Shown here: positions 16,446-25,694 of the stretch, piece by piece
Layout: each line of letters opens with the position of its first letter
Position numbering within the stretch: position 1 is the first letter of the stretch
Source: Candidatus Omnitrophota bacterium
Lineage (GTDB): Bacteria; Omnitrophota; Gorgyraeia; Duberdicusellales; 4484-171
NCBI GenBank assembly: GCA_043823745.1
Contig: JBDRAN010000044.1
Span: forward strand, 853-64,852
Length of the DNA stretch: 64,000 nucleotides
Reading direction: 5' to 3'
Translations under genes and position numbers: made by a program
The notes under the pieces: generated by a model
Database searches by the model: none
What the model was told of the DNA's origin: nothing
Seen by the model: the letters and a program-made list of their open reading frames with translations, nothing else

Positions 16446-18274
16446 TACGCTTTCTTTGGCGTGTAGTGGTAGTAGGAATAATAGGAGTAGTATCGGTCGG
16501 TTTCAACGCTCACATTATTAAGCACCGCACCGATAATCTTTATCTTTTTACCGAGCAGCTTGCGTACTTCCGTTATGAGTTTCAGCGAGGTCGATGCGGT
16601 TTTTATTACAAAAACAGCACCGTCGCACTTATCCCCAAGCATCAACGTATCAGAAACACCCAGTGCCGGAGGCGCATCAATAATAATTCGCTTAAATCGA
16701 CTCTTAGCAGTTTCTAAAAAAGTAACCAGTTTCTTCGAATTCAAGAGCTCAGCAGGGTTCGGGGTTGATGGTCCCGTCGGAATAAGGTACAAATTAGGCA
16801 CTGACGTAGAAACCACCGCCTCCTCCAACGAGCAAATGCCGGCCAAAAGGCTACTTAATCCGTTTTTTGTCTTTAGTTCAAATATATTCGATAGTCTCCC
16901 GCGACGCATATCAGCATCAATAAGTAATGTTTCCTCGTTGGTCTGGGCAAAACTAATCGCAAGGCTCGTCGAAACAAAGCTTTTACCTTCCTTGGCAATG
17001 GAACTGGTGACCATCAGTGTTTGTAGCGGCCTGTCTTCGGGAAAGGAAAAAATCAACGAGACGCGTAAATTCCTGAACGCCTCGGTGACTTGAGAATAAG
17101 GTTTTAACGCTGTAATTAAGTCTTTGTTTTCGTTACGTCGAGCCTCTCTCCGCGCCGAAGGAATATACGCCAAAAAAGGCATTTTGGTATAGAACTCAAC
17201 ATCTTCGGAAGTTTTCAGGGTTGAGTCGGCATATTCGAGAAAATAACAGAGCCCTATACCGAGCATTAAGCTTGCGATAATACCCTTCAAGATATCTTGC
17301 GTGGGTTGGGGCGAAATCGGTATCATGGGAATTTGGGCCTGATCGATAACCTGCACGTTGGAAGAAACCATTTCTTTGGAGACTTCGAGCTCTTTAATGC
17401 GCTTTAAAAAATCGGTATAGAGATTCTTGTAGATATCAACATCACGTACCAGTATTTTGTAATCCAATGATTTATCCTGCAATGCATACTGAGAATCCTC
17501 TTCTTCTTTTAACTTCTGCTCTACCGCCTCGAGTTGCGATGTCAGCTCAATGAGCTTTGGGTGTTTGTCACCGTATTTTTTCGACGACTCAATGGCGTCT
17601 CTTTCAAGATTGCTCTTTTGCCTCTTTAATCCCTCAATAAGGCTTTCTCGCTTCCCCGCCTCGGGCATATCACCGATACGGTTATCCCTCACAAAATCAT
17701 TGAGCCGCTTCTCTGCCTCTTCAAGTTTTTTCAAGGTAGAATCGAGCTGCTCTCCAAGCCAACTGATACCATACTTCGTCGTTATGAGGCGCTGTTCGAG
17801 ATCGGTCTTAACAAACTCCTCGGACCAGACGTTTGCAATGGAGGTAACCGTTAGAGGTTTGTGTCCTCGCACTCTGATAAAAACAAGGTTGCTTTTGTCT
17901 GGCGCATCAAACCGCACCATCGAAAGAAGCACCCTAACCGGGTCGCGAGCACCAAGAAATGGTTGCTCCGTCCTAAGGTTGAGCCGATCAAGAACTTTCT
18001 CCGCAACAATACGCGAAGTCAATAAATTCATCTGGTCTTCCTTGGACGGCGAACCACCCCTGTATACAATATCTTCTTTACCGGTGACTTTTGGAATGTT
18101 AACTTTAAGAAGTATCTTGGAGGAGGTTTCGTAAATCTTAGGTTGCGAAAAATCGTAAAAAGCAATAATACTGGGTATCACCACAAGCAGCGCCACAACA
18201 ATCCATACGCGGTGCATTATGATGTCTACATAATCTTTAATTGTTAGTTCTCGTACTTCCGGGGGCGGAATCAT
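16445..18274 (-). CDS. wzc: Polysaccharide co-polymerase / BY-kinase (Wzc/GumC-like)
   Basis: Two TMs flanking a coiled coil; Walker A AKEGKS, DADMR, IIDAPP; Tyr-rich tail YYSYYSYYHY. Confidence 0.93.
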   Translation of the reverse strand: MIPPPEVRELTIKDYVDIIMHRVWIVVALLVVIPSIIAFYDFSQPKIYETSSKILLKVNIPKVTGKEDIVYRGGSPSKEDQMNLLTSRIVAEKVLDRLNLRTEQPFLGARDPVRVLLSMVRFDAPDKSNLVFIRVRGHKPLTVTSIANVWSEEFVKTDLEQRLITTKYGISWLGEQLDSTLKKLEEAEKRLNDFVRDNRIGDMPEAGKRESLIEGLKRQKSNLERDAIESSKKYGDKHPKLIELTSQLEAVEQKLKEEEDSQYALQDKSLDYKILVRDVDIYKNLYTDFLKRIKELEVSKEMVSSNVQVIDQAQIPMIPISPQPTQDILKGIIASLMLGIGLCYFLEYADSTLKTSEDVEFYTKMPFLAYIPSARREARRNENKDLITALKPYSQVTEAFRNLRVSLIFSFPEDRPLQTLMVTSSIAKEGKSFVSTSLAISFAQTNEETLLIDADMRRGRLSNIFELKTKNGLSSLLAGICSLEEAVVSTSVPNLYLIPTGPSTPNPAELLNSKKLVTFLETAKSRFKRIIIDAPPALGVSDTLMLGDKCDGAVFVIKTASTSLKLITEVRKLLGKKIKIIGAVLNNVSVETDRYYSYYSYYHYTPKKA

Positions 18275-18348
18275 AGTTCTTGGTTCCCCTTTACGTTTTT
18301 TCTATCCGTTATGCTTCGGGAGGAAATGCAAAGTTTCAAATCTTCGTT

Positions 18349-19731
18349 CTAAAACCAGCTTTCAGGGACCACAATCGTGTCTCCTCCCTGGAGTATTATA
18401 TCCCGCGATTTATCTCCCGTCTTTAAAATATACCCCATCGGAACTTTAATGGTTTTTTTCCTCTTCTCCTGTTCCCGTATCACCTTGACACCGTTGGTGT
18501 CGGCAACATCAGTAAACCCCCCGGCAGTGCCGATGGCGTCGGTGACAGTCATGCCGAGCGTATAAATATAATTCCCTGGTTTACGCACTTGGCCAAAGAT
18601 TGAGATATCCTGGTATGTTGTAACAATGATACGATCTTCTTCTTTCAAAAAGAAATCAGCGGCCATATTATCTAAAATATTAAGGGTGTATTCTTTCTTT
18701 CCGCCAGCCTCTTGCCGGTTCACGCTCACCGTAGAAAGATCAGCATTATCCACCGCGCCGCCGGCAAGAAAGTTAATCGCGTCCCCAATGGTCAGATCGC
18801 TGCGCTCTAACTTAAATGCGCCCGGATTTTTTACGGCGCCCACAATATAAATTCTCCCATATTTCTCAACAATAATTTTATCAAGCGGTTGCAAATAGAA
18901 GTTTCTCCCTTCTTTCTGCAAATCAAGGATACGCTCTTTGATCGGTCTTATCTCTCCCGGATCCCGGTATACTCTCACAACCTTCACACGGGAAGGATTC
19001 GCTTCCTCTTTAAGGCCACCGGCAAGCACAACAACATCAACAAGCGTAAGGGGCCCTTTAAGCTCGTAGCTTCCGGGCTGATTGACCTCCCCGTAAATAA
19101 AAACCTTCCCATAATCTTCAATAAGAACATTAACCTGGGGATTAAGCATATACCCGTTTTTCAAAAGCCCCTCGATCTTTTTTGAAGCATCGCTGGCGGT
19201 AAGGCCGCCTACTTTAATTTCTCCCAAAAGCGCATAGCGCACCGTGCCATCTTCGGAAACTTTCACCGTCGCCGTCAGATCCGGCTCTCCGTAAACAGAA
19301 ATTTGCAACGTGTCATAAGGAGAAATTTTATAAATAGGGACCTGCCCCGAGGATTGCTCTACGATAATATCCCTCTCGTAAAACACAACGGGACCTTCTC
19401 CGTCGGCCGCCGGTACCGCCTCAAGCGCAGCCACACCGCTGCGATTGATCGTAACCTTAACATCCATGAAATAGTATTGTTTCAGAAGCCCTTCTATTTG
19501 TTTGGCAGCATCCGATGTCGACAGGCCTGCGATTCCGATAACGCCAAGATACGGATACCGCATGGTCCCATCGCTTGCGACTTTAATCGTCTTGCTTAAA
19601 TCAGGCTGCCCCTCAACGGCAATCTGCAATGTATCCGCAGGCTGAATTGCCTCAACGAACGGTGAAGGCTGCGCGCATACAGCCATAACGCCTATCACTA
19701 AAAAAAATAACCCAATAACAATTTTCTTCAT
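18349..19731 (-). CDS. OPX polysaccharide export protein (two Poly_export plus SLBB domains)
   Basis: DTLQI.V.G.PDL...KV..DG...Y..LG twice; GEVNQPG, GAVKNPG, GQVRKPG; ends VPESWF. Confidence 0.9.
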   Translation of the reverse strand: MKKIVIGLFFLVIGVMAVCAQPSPFVEAIQPADTLQIAVEGQPDLSKTIKVASDGTMRYPYLGVIGIAGLSTSDAAKQIEGLLKQYYFMDVKVTINRSGVAALEAVPAADGEGPVVFYERDIIVEQSSGQVPIYKISPYDTLQISVYGEPDLTATVKVSEDGTVRYALLGEIKVGGLTASDASKKIEGLLKNGYMLNPQVNVLIEDYGKVFIYGEVNQPGSYELKGPLTLVDVVVLAGGLKEEANPSRVKVVRVYRDPGEIRPIKERILDLQKEGRNFYLQPLDKIIVEKYGRIYIVGAVKNPGAFKLERSDLTIGDAINFLAGGAVDNADLSTVSVNRQEAGGKKEYTLNILDNMAADFFLKEEDRIIVTTYQDISIFGQVRKPGNYIYTLGMTVTDAIGTAGGFTDVADTNGVKVIREQEKRKKTIKVPMGYILKTGDKSRDIILQGGDTIVVPESWF

Positions 19732-21074
19732 TAGAAATCCTTTTCTAATTTTAACGTTACCACATTATTCTTATAGCTTGCCGACCGAATATCCGAAGAC
19801 TGACAGAAGTACACATAATCAAGACCGACAGAAAACTGCTTACGAAACGCGTAGCGGACATTAACACCGCCCTCATATACATCGTCCTTGCGGCCCGTAT
19901 CATACCCTGAGTTGGTAAACCGAATAAACGAACCAAATTTCATACGCTCATGCCCAAACGGCGGCACATACGTTGAGCCAAGCTCAAACTTATTAGTTTC
20001 AACCCAGGTTTCATCGGAAAGCGTTGTCGTGTCGGTATTGCGCGATACCGAGATACCGTGGGAAAGACGCTCGGTCATTCGATATTCAAGATCTGCCTGG
20101 ACGACCTCCGTGTTAATGTTTGTCTTGTCTTCGTTTTCTCTGAATTTATATCCTACTTTCATTGTTCCCCCAACTTTCGAGGTAAGCTTGCCGCGGACAC
20201 CGCCCCAAAATGTATGCGCCGTGCCGTCGGCCCCGTCCACATCGGGGCGCGCGCTGACATCATAATCATACGAGAAGAGAAAGTCCGTCTTTGGCAACAG
20301 CCGAATATAATTTGTCAGGCTAACCCGATCCTCTGACGTGTTTGATTCGCGATACCGTTTTTCATACAAAGAATCTTTATGCGAATACTCCAGTTGAGAA
20401 GGGAGATACCTCCAATCCATCAAAAAAAAAGCTCCGTACCGGCGAACCCAATAATCAATAAGTGACTTAGGAATTATAGCGGATGTCTTAAGCTCTTGTG
20501 TCGTTGAATACGCTCTTGCAAAACCCCCGTCAAAACCCAACGTATACTTTCCCCGCGTATGCGTAAGGGTTACATCCGCTGAGCCTCGGCCCTTGGCAAA
20601 GGTCCCCCGCTTAGTCCTGTGAATATCGGGGCCGGCGGTAATATCGAACTGAAAGGCTGTGTGCCCTTTCTTCCATGCAATCTTCGGTAAATACTTAACC
20701 GCCATATCGATAGAAGAGACAAAGGCTATTTCGCGATCCTCAAGCTTATCGTTCACATGATAAAGATTATCATCATACTTTGTTGTATAGACGATATTGG
20801 TTTTAAAATCCTCGGAAACTTTTTTGATAACTTCGCCTGCCTTCTGAAGCGTTTCTTCCTGCTGTTTCCGGCTCCTCTCGCGGCGCTCTTGCATTAATTT
20901 CGCCGCCTCCGCGTCAAGACGCGCTTTCTCACTGTCGGTTTTAACGCGAAGATCGTAATAATCGAGGTGGCATGAAACGATCTCTTGCCGTGTTACCTCG
21001 GCAAAGACGGCGGGGTAAAAAAATCCTCCCCCCACCATGACAATAAGCAATAATCCCTTGGTTTTTTTAAGCAC
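19731..21074 (-). CDS. Outer-membrane beta-barrel associated with EPS export (EpsX/VpsM-like)
   Basis: Signal peptide, YDDN motif, alternating beta-strands, C-terminal Phe; overlaps the OPX gene by 1 bp. Confidence 0.8.
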   Translation of the reverse strand: MLKKTKGLLLIVMVGGGFFYPAVFAEVTRQEIVSCHLDYYDLRVKTDSEKARLDAEAAKLMQERRERSRKQQEETLQKAGEVIKKVSEDFKTNIVYTTKYDDNLYHVNDKLEDREIAFVSSIDMAVKYLPKIAWKKGHTAFQFDITAGPDIHRTKRGTFAKGRGSADVTLTHTRGKYTLGFDGGFARAYSTTQELKTSAIIPKSLIDYWVRRYGAFFLMDWRYLPSQLEYSHKDSLYEKRYRESNTSEDRVSLTNYIRLLPKTDFLFSYDYDVSARPDVDGADGTAHTFWGGVRGKLTSKVGGTMKVGYKFRENEDKTNINTEVVQADLEYRMTERLSHGISVSRNTDTTTLSDETWVETNKFELGSTYVPPFGHERMKFGSFIRFTNSGYDTGRKDDVYEGGVNVRYAFRKQFSVGLDYVYFCQSSDIRSASYKNNVVTLKLEKDF

Positions 21075-21129
21075 GGGTATAGTATCCGCTAAACTATGCT
21101 GCGTCTGCGTGGCGTCGCAGGTAACAACC

Positions 21130-21711
21130 TCATTTGCGCGCGATCGCCAAAAGACTCAATGCAATCGAAAAGAGCAAAATCATATTTACAACATTTATCC
21201 AGCTAACCGGCGCAACCGGAACCGTTATATTGATGAAGCGCGCGAGGAATCCTAAAACGGCTCCGATGACTCCGATCAACAAGAAGATAACCGATAATAC
21301 TTTCATAAGCGTGCCTCCTCTTTCCTGGTCTTGTTTTTTCCGAATATCGATAATCTTTTGATCGATAAATACGCTCATATCTTCAGGGAGCCCGTCAAAC
21401 TCGACGCCGACTTCAAATCCACCGAGTTTTTCGAGGAAATTAACCCGTATCACCCGAGCCATGACACGCACGGTCTTGGCATGCGCGGGAAAAGCGATTT
21501 CAAGCTCAAGGATGCTGTTTATGGAAAGATACTCATTCGTAAAAAGCAGGGCTCCGCTTGAGGAGATGTTACGGATAAAGGAAAGCGTGCGGATTTCCTC
21601 GGGCTTTTTGACAATTTTATATTTTAAAAGATGATGAATGCTTAGACGCACACACCGCCGTTTTTCCCGATCTCGCGTGCCGGAAAAATTTGCCACTGAA
21701 TCCTCCCCCAT
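21130..21711 (-). CDS. PilZ domain protein with C-terminal 2-TM module
   Basis: RRCVR and NISSSG motifs; start may be GTG at 21696 (SD GGAGG); internal SD+ATG at 21306. Confidence 0.85.
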   Translation of the reverse strand: MGEDSVANFSGTRDREKRRCVRLSIHHLLKYKIVKKPEEIRTLSFIRNISSSGALLFTNEYLSINSILELEIAFPAHAKTVRVMARVIRVNFLEKLGGFEVGVEFDGLPEDMSVFIDQKIIDIRKKQDQERGGTLMKVLSVIFLLIGVIGAVLGFLARFINITVPVAPVSWINVVNMILLFSIALSLLAIARK

Positions 21712-21720
21712 AATAATCTT

Positions 21721-21749
21721 ATTGTACTAAAAAGTTAACTCTTTTGCTA
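21721..21749 (-). promoter_or_regulatory. Possible sigma70 promoter of the PilZ gene
   Basis: TAGCAA-17 bp-TACAAT. Confidence 0.4.
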
Positions 21750-23495
21750 CAATAATTTTAATTTTTCGCCGATTTGATTCAAAAACTCAGCAACGCGTTG
21801 ATACGCGGGTGATAATTTTTCTACGATCGTAAACTCTTCTTGAGCCTGCCTATAGTCTTTAAGCGTTAAAAATAAGATTCCTAAATTATAATGCGCCTCG
21901 ACGTAATCCGGCTTGATGCTGATCGCCTTTTCAAGATTCACTTTCGCTTCAGCGTATGCCCCTTTGAGCCAGAGCAAATACCCTAAGTTATTGTAGGAGT
22001 AAACAAAATGAGGATTGCGTTCCGCCGCTTTACGCAAATGATCGATCGCCTTTACCAGATCGCTTTTGACGATATAAATTGTTCCCAAATTATAGTGTAA
22101 GAACGCCGACTGGGGAGCAAGCAACATCGCTTTGGTATATTCCTGGACAGCTTCGTCCATCAGCCCAAGGTGATAATAAATAAAAGCCAGATTTGCGAGG
22201 ATCTCAGGGCTTTGGGGCGCCAGCTGGTGCGCACGACGGGCATTCGCGATCGCTTCTTCTTTATTGTCCAGGAAATAGAAAGCCAAGCCTCGGCCGCTAT
22301 GCGCAAACGCGTCCGAAGAATAAAACTTGAGCGCCAACGCAAATTTATCCAGGCTTTCCCTGTACTTAAGCGTGCCTTCTTCCTTTTTATTGTGCCGCGT
22401 AAGCCGGTACCCTTCGGCAAGCAGTTTGAAACCTGCTTCGCGAAATTGTTTCGCTATCGAAGGCACAACATTTGTTTTAAGATGGATGTTAAGACTGCTA
22501 TACGAGAATAAACCACCCGGCTCCATGCCTCTGCGCACGCCGCGACCGCCCATTTCGCGAATACGCTCTTGGCCGGTGGTAATACTGGCCGTTTCGAGTT
22601 TCATAAAGTTATCGTACGCTTTCTGCTGATCGCCTAAATCATATAAGGTAATATACCCGGCACGAAACTGCGAAAGTTGAGCCATCGGCGAAGACGGGTC
22701 TCGCTCAAAAAGAACCTCAAAGGTTCGCGCTGCGTCCTCTTTTCTGCCCATTACATAAAGACAGTCGCCTTCCTGATACGCGGAAAGTTTTCCCAATTCC
22801 TGAGGAAGGTTTTCTTTCGCTTTGGCGAACACTTCCCTGGCTTCGAGTATTTTTCCCTGAAATTTATACACAAAACCTAAATACAGTTGCGCTTTCAGCG
22901 CAAGCTTCGTATCCGGATCTATCTCGATTGTTTTCATAAGAAATTCCTGCGCGTCCTGAAAAGATTTTCCCCGTATGCATAGACGGGAAATCTCAAGATA
23001 CTTCTCCTGTGCGTTGACTCCGACACCAGCGGCGATTTCGCGCTTTAAACGCTCTATTCGCTTTTTAAGATGGCTGGTGTTTTCGGTGCGTTTTCGGGGA
23101 AATATCGTGATAAATAAATTATCGACAGCCTTGGAAAACCAGTTGCTTTTTTCTTCTTTCCGGCGTACAACATCACGTAGAAAAAAGTTCGCGTCGCGTA
23201 GTTGATCCCTATTGTCTGCGGATCCGATGATATTGCCGGCAAATTCTATCTTTGCTAACGACGAAGGATCGATATCCTCCCTGGTAATTTCAAGAATAAG
23301 CGCGCCCTCAAGAACGTCTTTGATGCGATGCGCATCCTTAACGTTTTTGACACTCTCAAGCTGCCTGAGTGAGACCTTTAAGTTAGTCAATGACTTGTCA
23401 AGAAGGTATTGATTGTAGCTTACAAAAAAGATAATCGCCACGGTAGACGCGACGATTAACGGAAGGATATTTTTATTGAAGAATTTGGCATTCAT
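21747..23495 (-). CDS. Membrane-anchored multi-TPR protein
   Basis: N-terminal TM; many TPRs (ANLAFIY, HYNLG, YNNLG, AHYNLG). Confidence 0.9.
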   Translation of the reverse strand: MNAKFFNKNILPLIVASTVAIIFFVSYNQYLLDKSLTNLKVSLRQLESVKNVKDAHRIKDVLEGALILEITREDIDPSSLAKIEFAGNIIGSADNRDQLRDANFFLRDVVRRKEEKSNWFSKAVDNLFITIFPRKRTENTSHLKKRIERLKREIAAGVGVNAQEKYLEISRLCIRGKSFQDAQEFLMKTIEIDPDTKLALKAQLYLGFVYKFQGKILEAREVFAKAKENLPQELGKLSAYQEGDCLYVMGRKEDAARTFEVLFERDPSSPMAQLSQFRAGYITLYDLGDQQKAYDNFMKLETASITTGQERIREMGGRGVRRGMEPGGLFSYSSLNIHLKTNVVPSIAKQFREAGFKLLAEGYRLTRHNKKEEGTLKYRESLDKFALALKFYSSDAFAHSGRGLAFYFLDNKEEAIANARRAHQLAPQSPEILANLAFIYYHLGLMDEAVQEYTKAMLLAPQSAFLHYNLGTIYIVKSDLVKAIDHLRKAAERNPHFVYSYNNLGYLLWLKGAYAEAKVNLEKAISIKPDYVEAHYNLGILFLTLKDYRQAQEEFTIVEKLSPAYQRVAEFLNQIGEKLKLL

Positions 23496-23503
23496 CTATG
23501 GTT

Positions 23504-23532
23504 ACTATATTCCTAGTTACCGCCGTTGTCAA
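23504..23532 (-). promoter_or_regulatory. sigma70 promoter, probably giving a leaderless mRNA
   Basis: TTGACA-17 bp-TATAGT, 8 nt before ATG 23495, no SD. Confidence 0.7.
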
Positions 23533-23623
23533 TACTATCCGTACGGGAATGGGTGATAAAAAGGGATGTTCATACCGGCGAGGTTGCTGGCGCGGTGATG
23601 TTAAGGGAAAGTGACGCGGGTGG

Positions 23624-24088
23624 TTATGTGAGGGGGCGGTGTCGCATGAAGAGACGGCGCGCGCAATAGAGAGTAACGAGGCTATTAAAAACGGTACTGA
23701 TGATAAGAATGGGTCGCGCACCGAGAGAGGCGACGCCTTCCTGAAGTCCTTCGACACGCACCAGAGCCCCGGTACGCGTCAGCGCGCATAGATTATTCAA
23801 TAAAAAGAAACTATGAAAAAAAAGTGCGCACCAGAAACCCCGGGCAGACCCTCGTTTAATAGCGCCATAGAGCCAGAAAAGCAGAAGCGCAAGCGCTGCG
23901 CGTGCCGCAAAAAGCGACGGTCCGCCGACCTGGTGAGTGCCAACAAATGTACGCGTGTAAAACAGATGAGGTGAAATGAGGTGAAAGAAAAGAAGAAAAA
24001 GGTAGAATTTCGAAAGGATTGATAATCCTAACTCATTCTCTATCAATGTCTTACGTTCTATTGACATGGGCTTCTTTTTATGGTACAT
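23624..24088 (-). CDS. Hypothetical membrane protein (start uncertain)
   Basis: 154-aa ORF with ~4 hydrophobic segments filling the gap. Confidence 0.55.
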   Translation of the reverse strand: MYHKKKPMSIERKTLIENELGLSILSKFYLFLLFFHLISPHLFYTRTFVGTHQVGGPSLFAARAALALLLFWLYGAIKRGSARGFWCALFFHSFFLLNNLCALTRTGALVRVEGLQEGVASLGARPILIISTVFNSLVTLYCARRLFMRHRPLT

Positions 24089-24089
24089 A
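24061..24089 (+). promoter_or_regulatory. Possible sigma70 promoter for 24106-24351
   Basis: TTGACA-17 bp-TACATA with TG extension. Confidence 0.45.
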
Positions 24090-24105
24090 TAAGTGAGGTC
24101 TTTAG

Positions 24106-24351
24106 ATGAAGAAAACAGCGATTATTCTGATGTTGGCAGGTATAGGGGTTATGTGGGGACAGTTCGTTTTAAGCCAGAATAGCGAAGAGCTTATCCCTCG
24201 CGAGAATACTGCCATCTCCCGGGGAACTGTTTCTTCCGCAATCAGCGAAGACGAAAAAGACGAAGATAAGACTGCTAAAGATTACATAATCACCCTGCCC
24301 TTTCCGGCGCTGGATACCAACCTCGCGGTCAGCGAAGAAGCCGTTAGCTAA
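24106..24351 (+). CDS. Small secreted acidic protein
   Basis: SD GAGG, signal peptide MKKTAIILMLAGIG; 81 aa. Confidence 0.6.
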   Translation: MKKTAIILMLAGIGVMWGQFVLSQNSEELIPRENTAISRGTVSSAISEDEKDEDKTAKDYIITLPFPALDTNLAVSEEAVS

Positions 24352-25661
24352 TCTTTTCGTTGGTCAACAATAAAACAACTACGTCCCTCGCGTTTTGCTT
24401 TCTTCTTTATTTCAGCGGCTATGTTGGTAATTTCGCCATAACTGGTGATGGTGCGATGAACGTTGGTGACCCCCGCCAACGATATCGTCATAATGGGAAA
24501 ACTGCATATTTTACCATCACGCGCGCTCGCCACAATACACCCTTTCTCAAGATCCTCCGCATTATAGAGGCTGCGTATTCTTTTATCGAATTCGGAGATA
24601 ATATAGTTCGCGATCGAATCGGCGTGGTCGGGAGCCGCCAACAAGATAAAATCATCGCCGCCTTCATGTCCGAGAAAATCATGGCTATCGCCCTTATTTT
24701 TGATCGCTTCCCTAAAAATATCAGCTGCTATCTTTATTGCCTCATCGCCTTGATGCACTCCATATTTATCGTTAAAGGCTTTAAAATTATCAAGATCGCA
24801 GTAAATAACCGTAAACTTCTTGCCCTCGCGTATTCGCCGCTCAACTTCTTCCATAATGACAATATTACCCGGAAGTTTTGTCAGCGGATTAGCGTTTTCG
24901 GCGCGATCTTTCATTTTAATTAACTCTGTGGCCATCGAGTTAAATGTTTCGGCAAGCTCTTCAAGCTCATCGCCCGTATTAACGCGTACGCGTAAATCAA
25001 GCCTTCCCGAAGAAATCGTCTTTGCTGCCTCGTTAAAAACCCTAATGGGCCCGATAATCAACCTCGCCAGAAAAATGCCCAGCGCGATGTTGACGAGAAC
25101 CAGGAGAAAGCCGACAAAGAATGCCGGCTGATAGACAGCGCGAAATGCCTTCCAGATATCGCCGAGGTAAAAAAATATTTTAGCGATAAAGAGAATACGG
25201 TCTTTCTCGCGCAGGGGAACATAGATAATTATCAATTTTTCTTTTTTATCAATAACCGTTTCTCCTCGTATAAACTCACTTCGTTTGATTTTATCAAGCA
25301 TTTCATAATCATTATAATCGGCGGGGGAACCAAGCAGTTGTTCGTCGGTTGACGCAACGACTTTTCCTCCGAGATCAAAGATGTACGCTTTTTTGATCTC
25401 TTCCGGGTACTCCTCAACAATTGAATGCAAAACACTACCGAGAAGATTGACCTTTTCTTTGGTCGACTTTGACGCATTAGCGATTATTTCGTTGAGCGCT
25501 TCTTCGATTTGCCGGGAATATTCTTTCGAGCTATATTCGAGGTAACGGCCGGTTACTTCCAAACCATGGGAAAGCTGAATGGTAACAAAAATTCCGATCG
25601 TACAGATCGTAAATATCGTTAAAAGGATAATAATCCGGCTTTTAAGCGTTGATGTTCTCAT
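24348..25661 (-). CDS. Membrane sensor HAMP-GGDEF protein (GGDDF variant)
   Basis: 2 TM plus periplasmic sensor; HAMP DELEELAETFNSM; NPLTKLPGN, DLDNFKAFNDKYG, GGDDF. Confidence 0.92.
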   Translation of the reverse strand: MRTSTLKSRIIILLTIFTICTIGIFVTIQLSHGLEVTGRYLEYSSKEYSRQIEEALNEIIANASKSTKEKVNLLGSVLHSIVEEYPEEIKKAYIFDLGGKVVASTDEQLLGSPADYNDYEMLDKIKRSEFIRGETVIDKKEKLIIIYVPLREKDRILFIAKIFFYLGDIWKAFRAVYQPAFFVGFLLVLVNIALGIFLARLIIGPIRVFNEAAKTISSGRLDLRVRVNTGDELEELAETFNSMATELIKMKDRAENANPLTKLPGNIVIMEEVERRIREGKKFTVIYCDLDNFKAFNDKYGVHQGDEAIKIAADIFREAIKNKGDSHDFLGHEGGDDFILLAAPDHADSIANYIISEFDKRIRSLYNAEDLEKGCIVASARDGKICSFPIMTISLAGVTNVHRTITSYGEITNIAAEIKKKAKREGRSCFIVDQRKD

Positions 25662-25694
25662 TGGTCAATACACTCCTGATACATCGTTAGCCCA

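Noticed and set aside
23518-23525. ops/JUMPStart-like GGCGGTAA
   Set aside because: Imperfect and located within a promoter spacer, so it would not be transcribed from that promoter.
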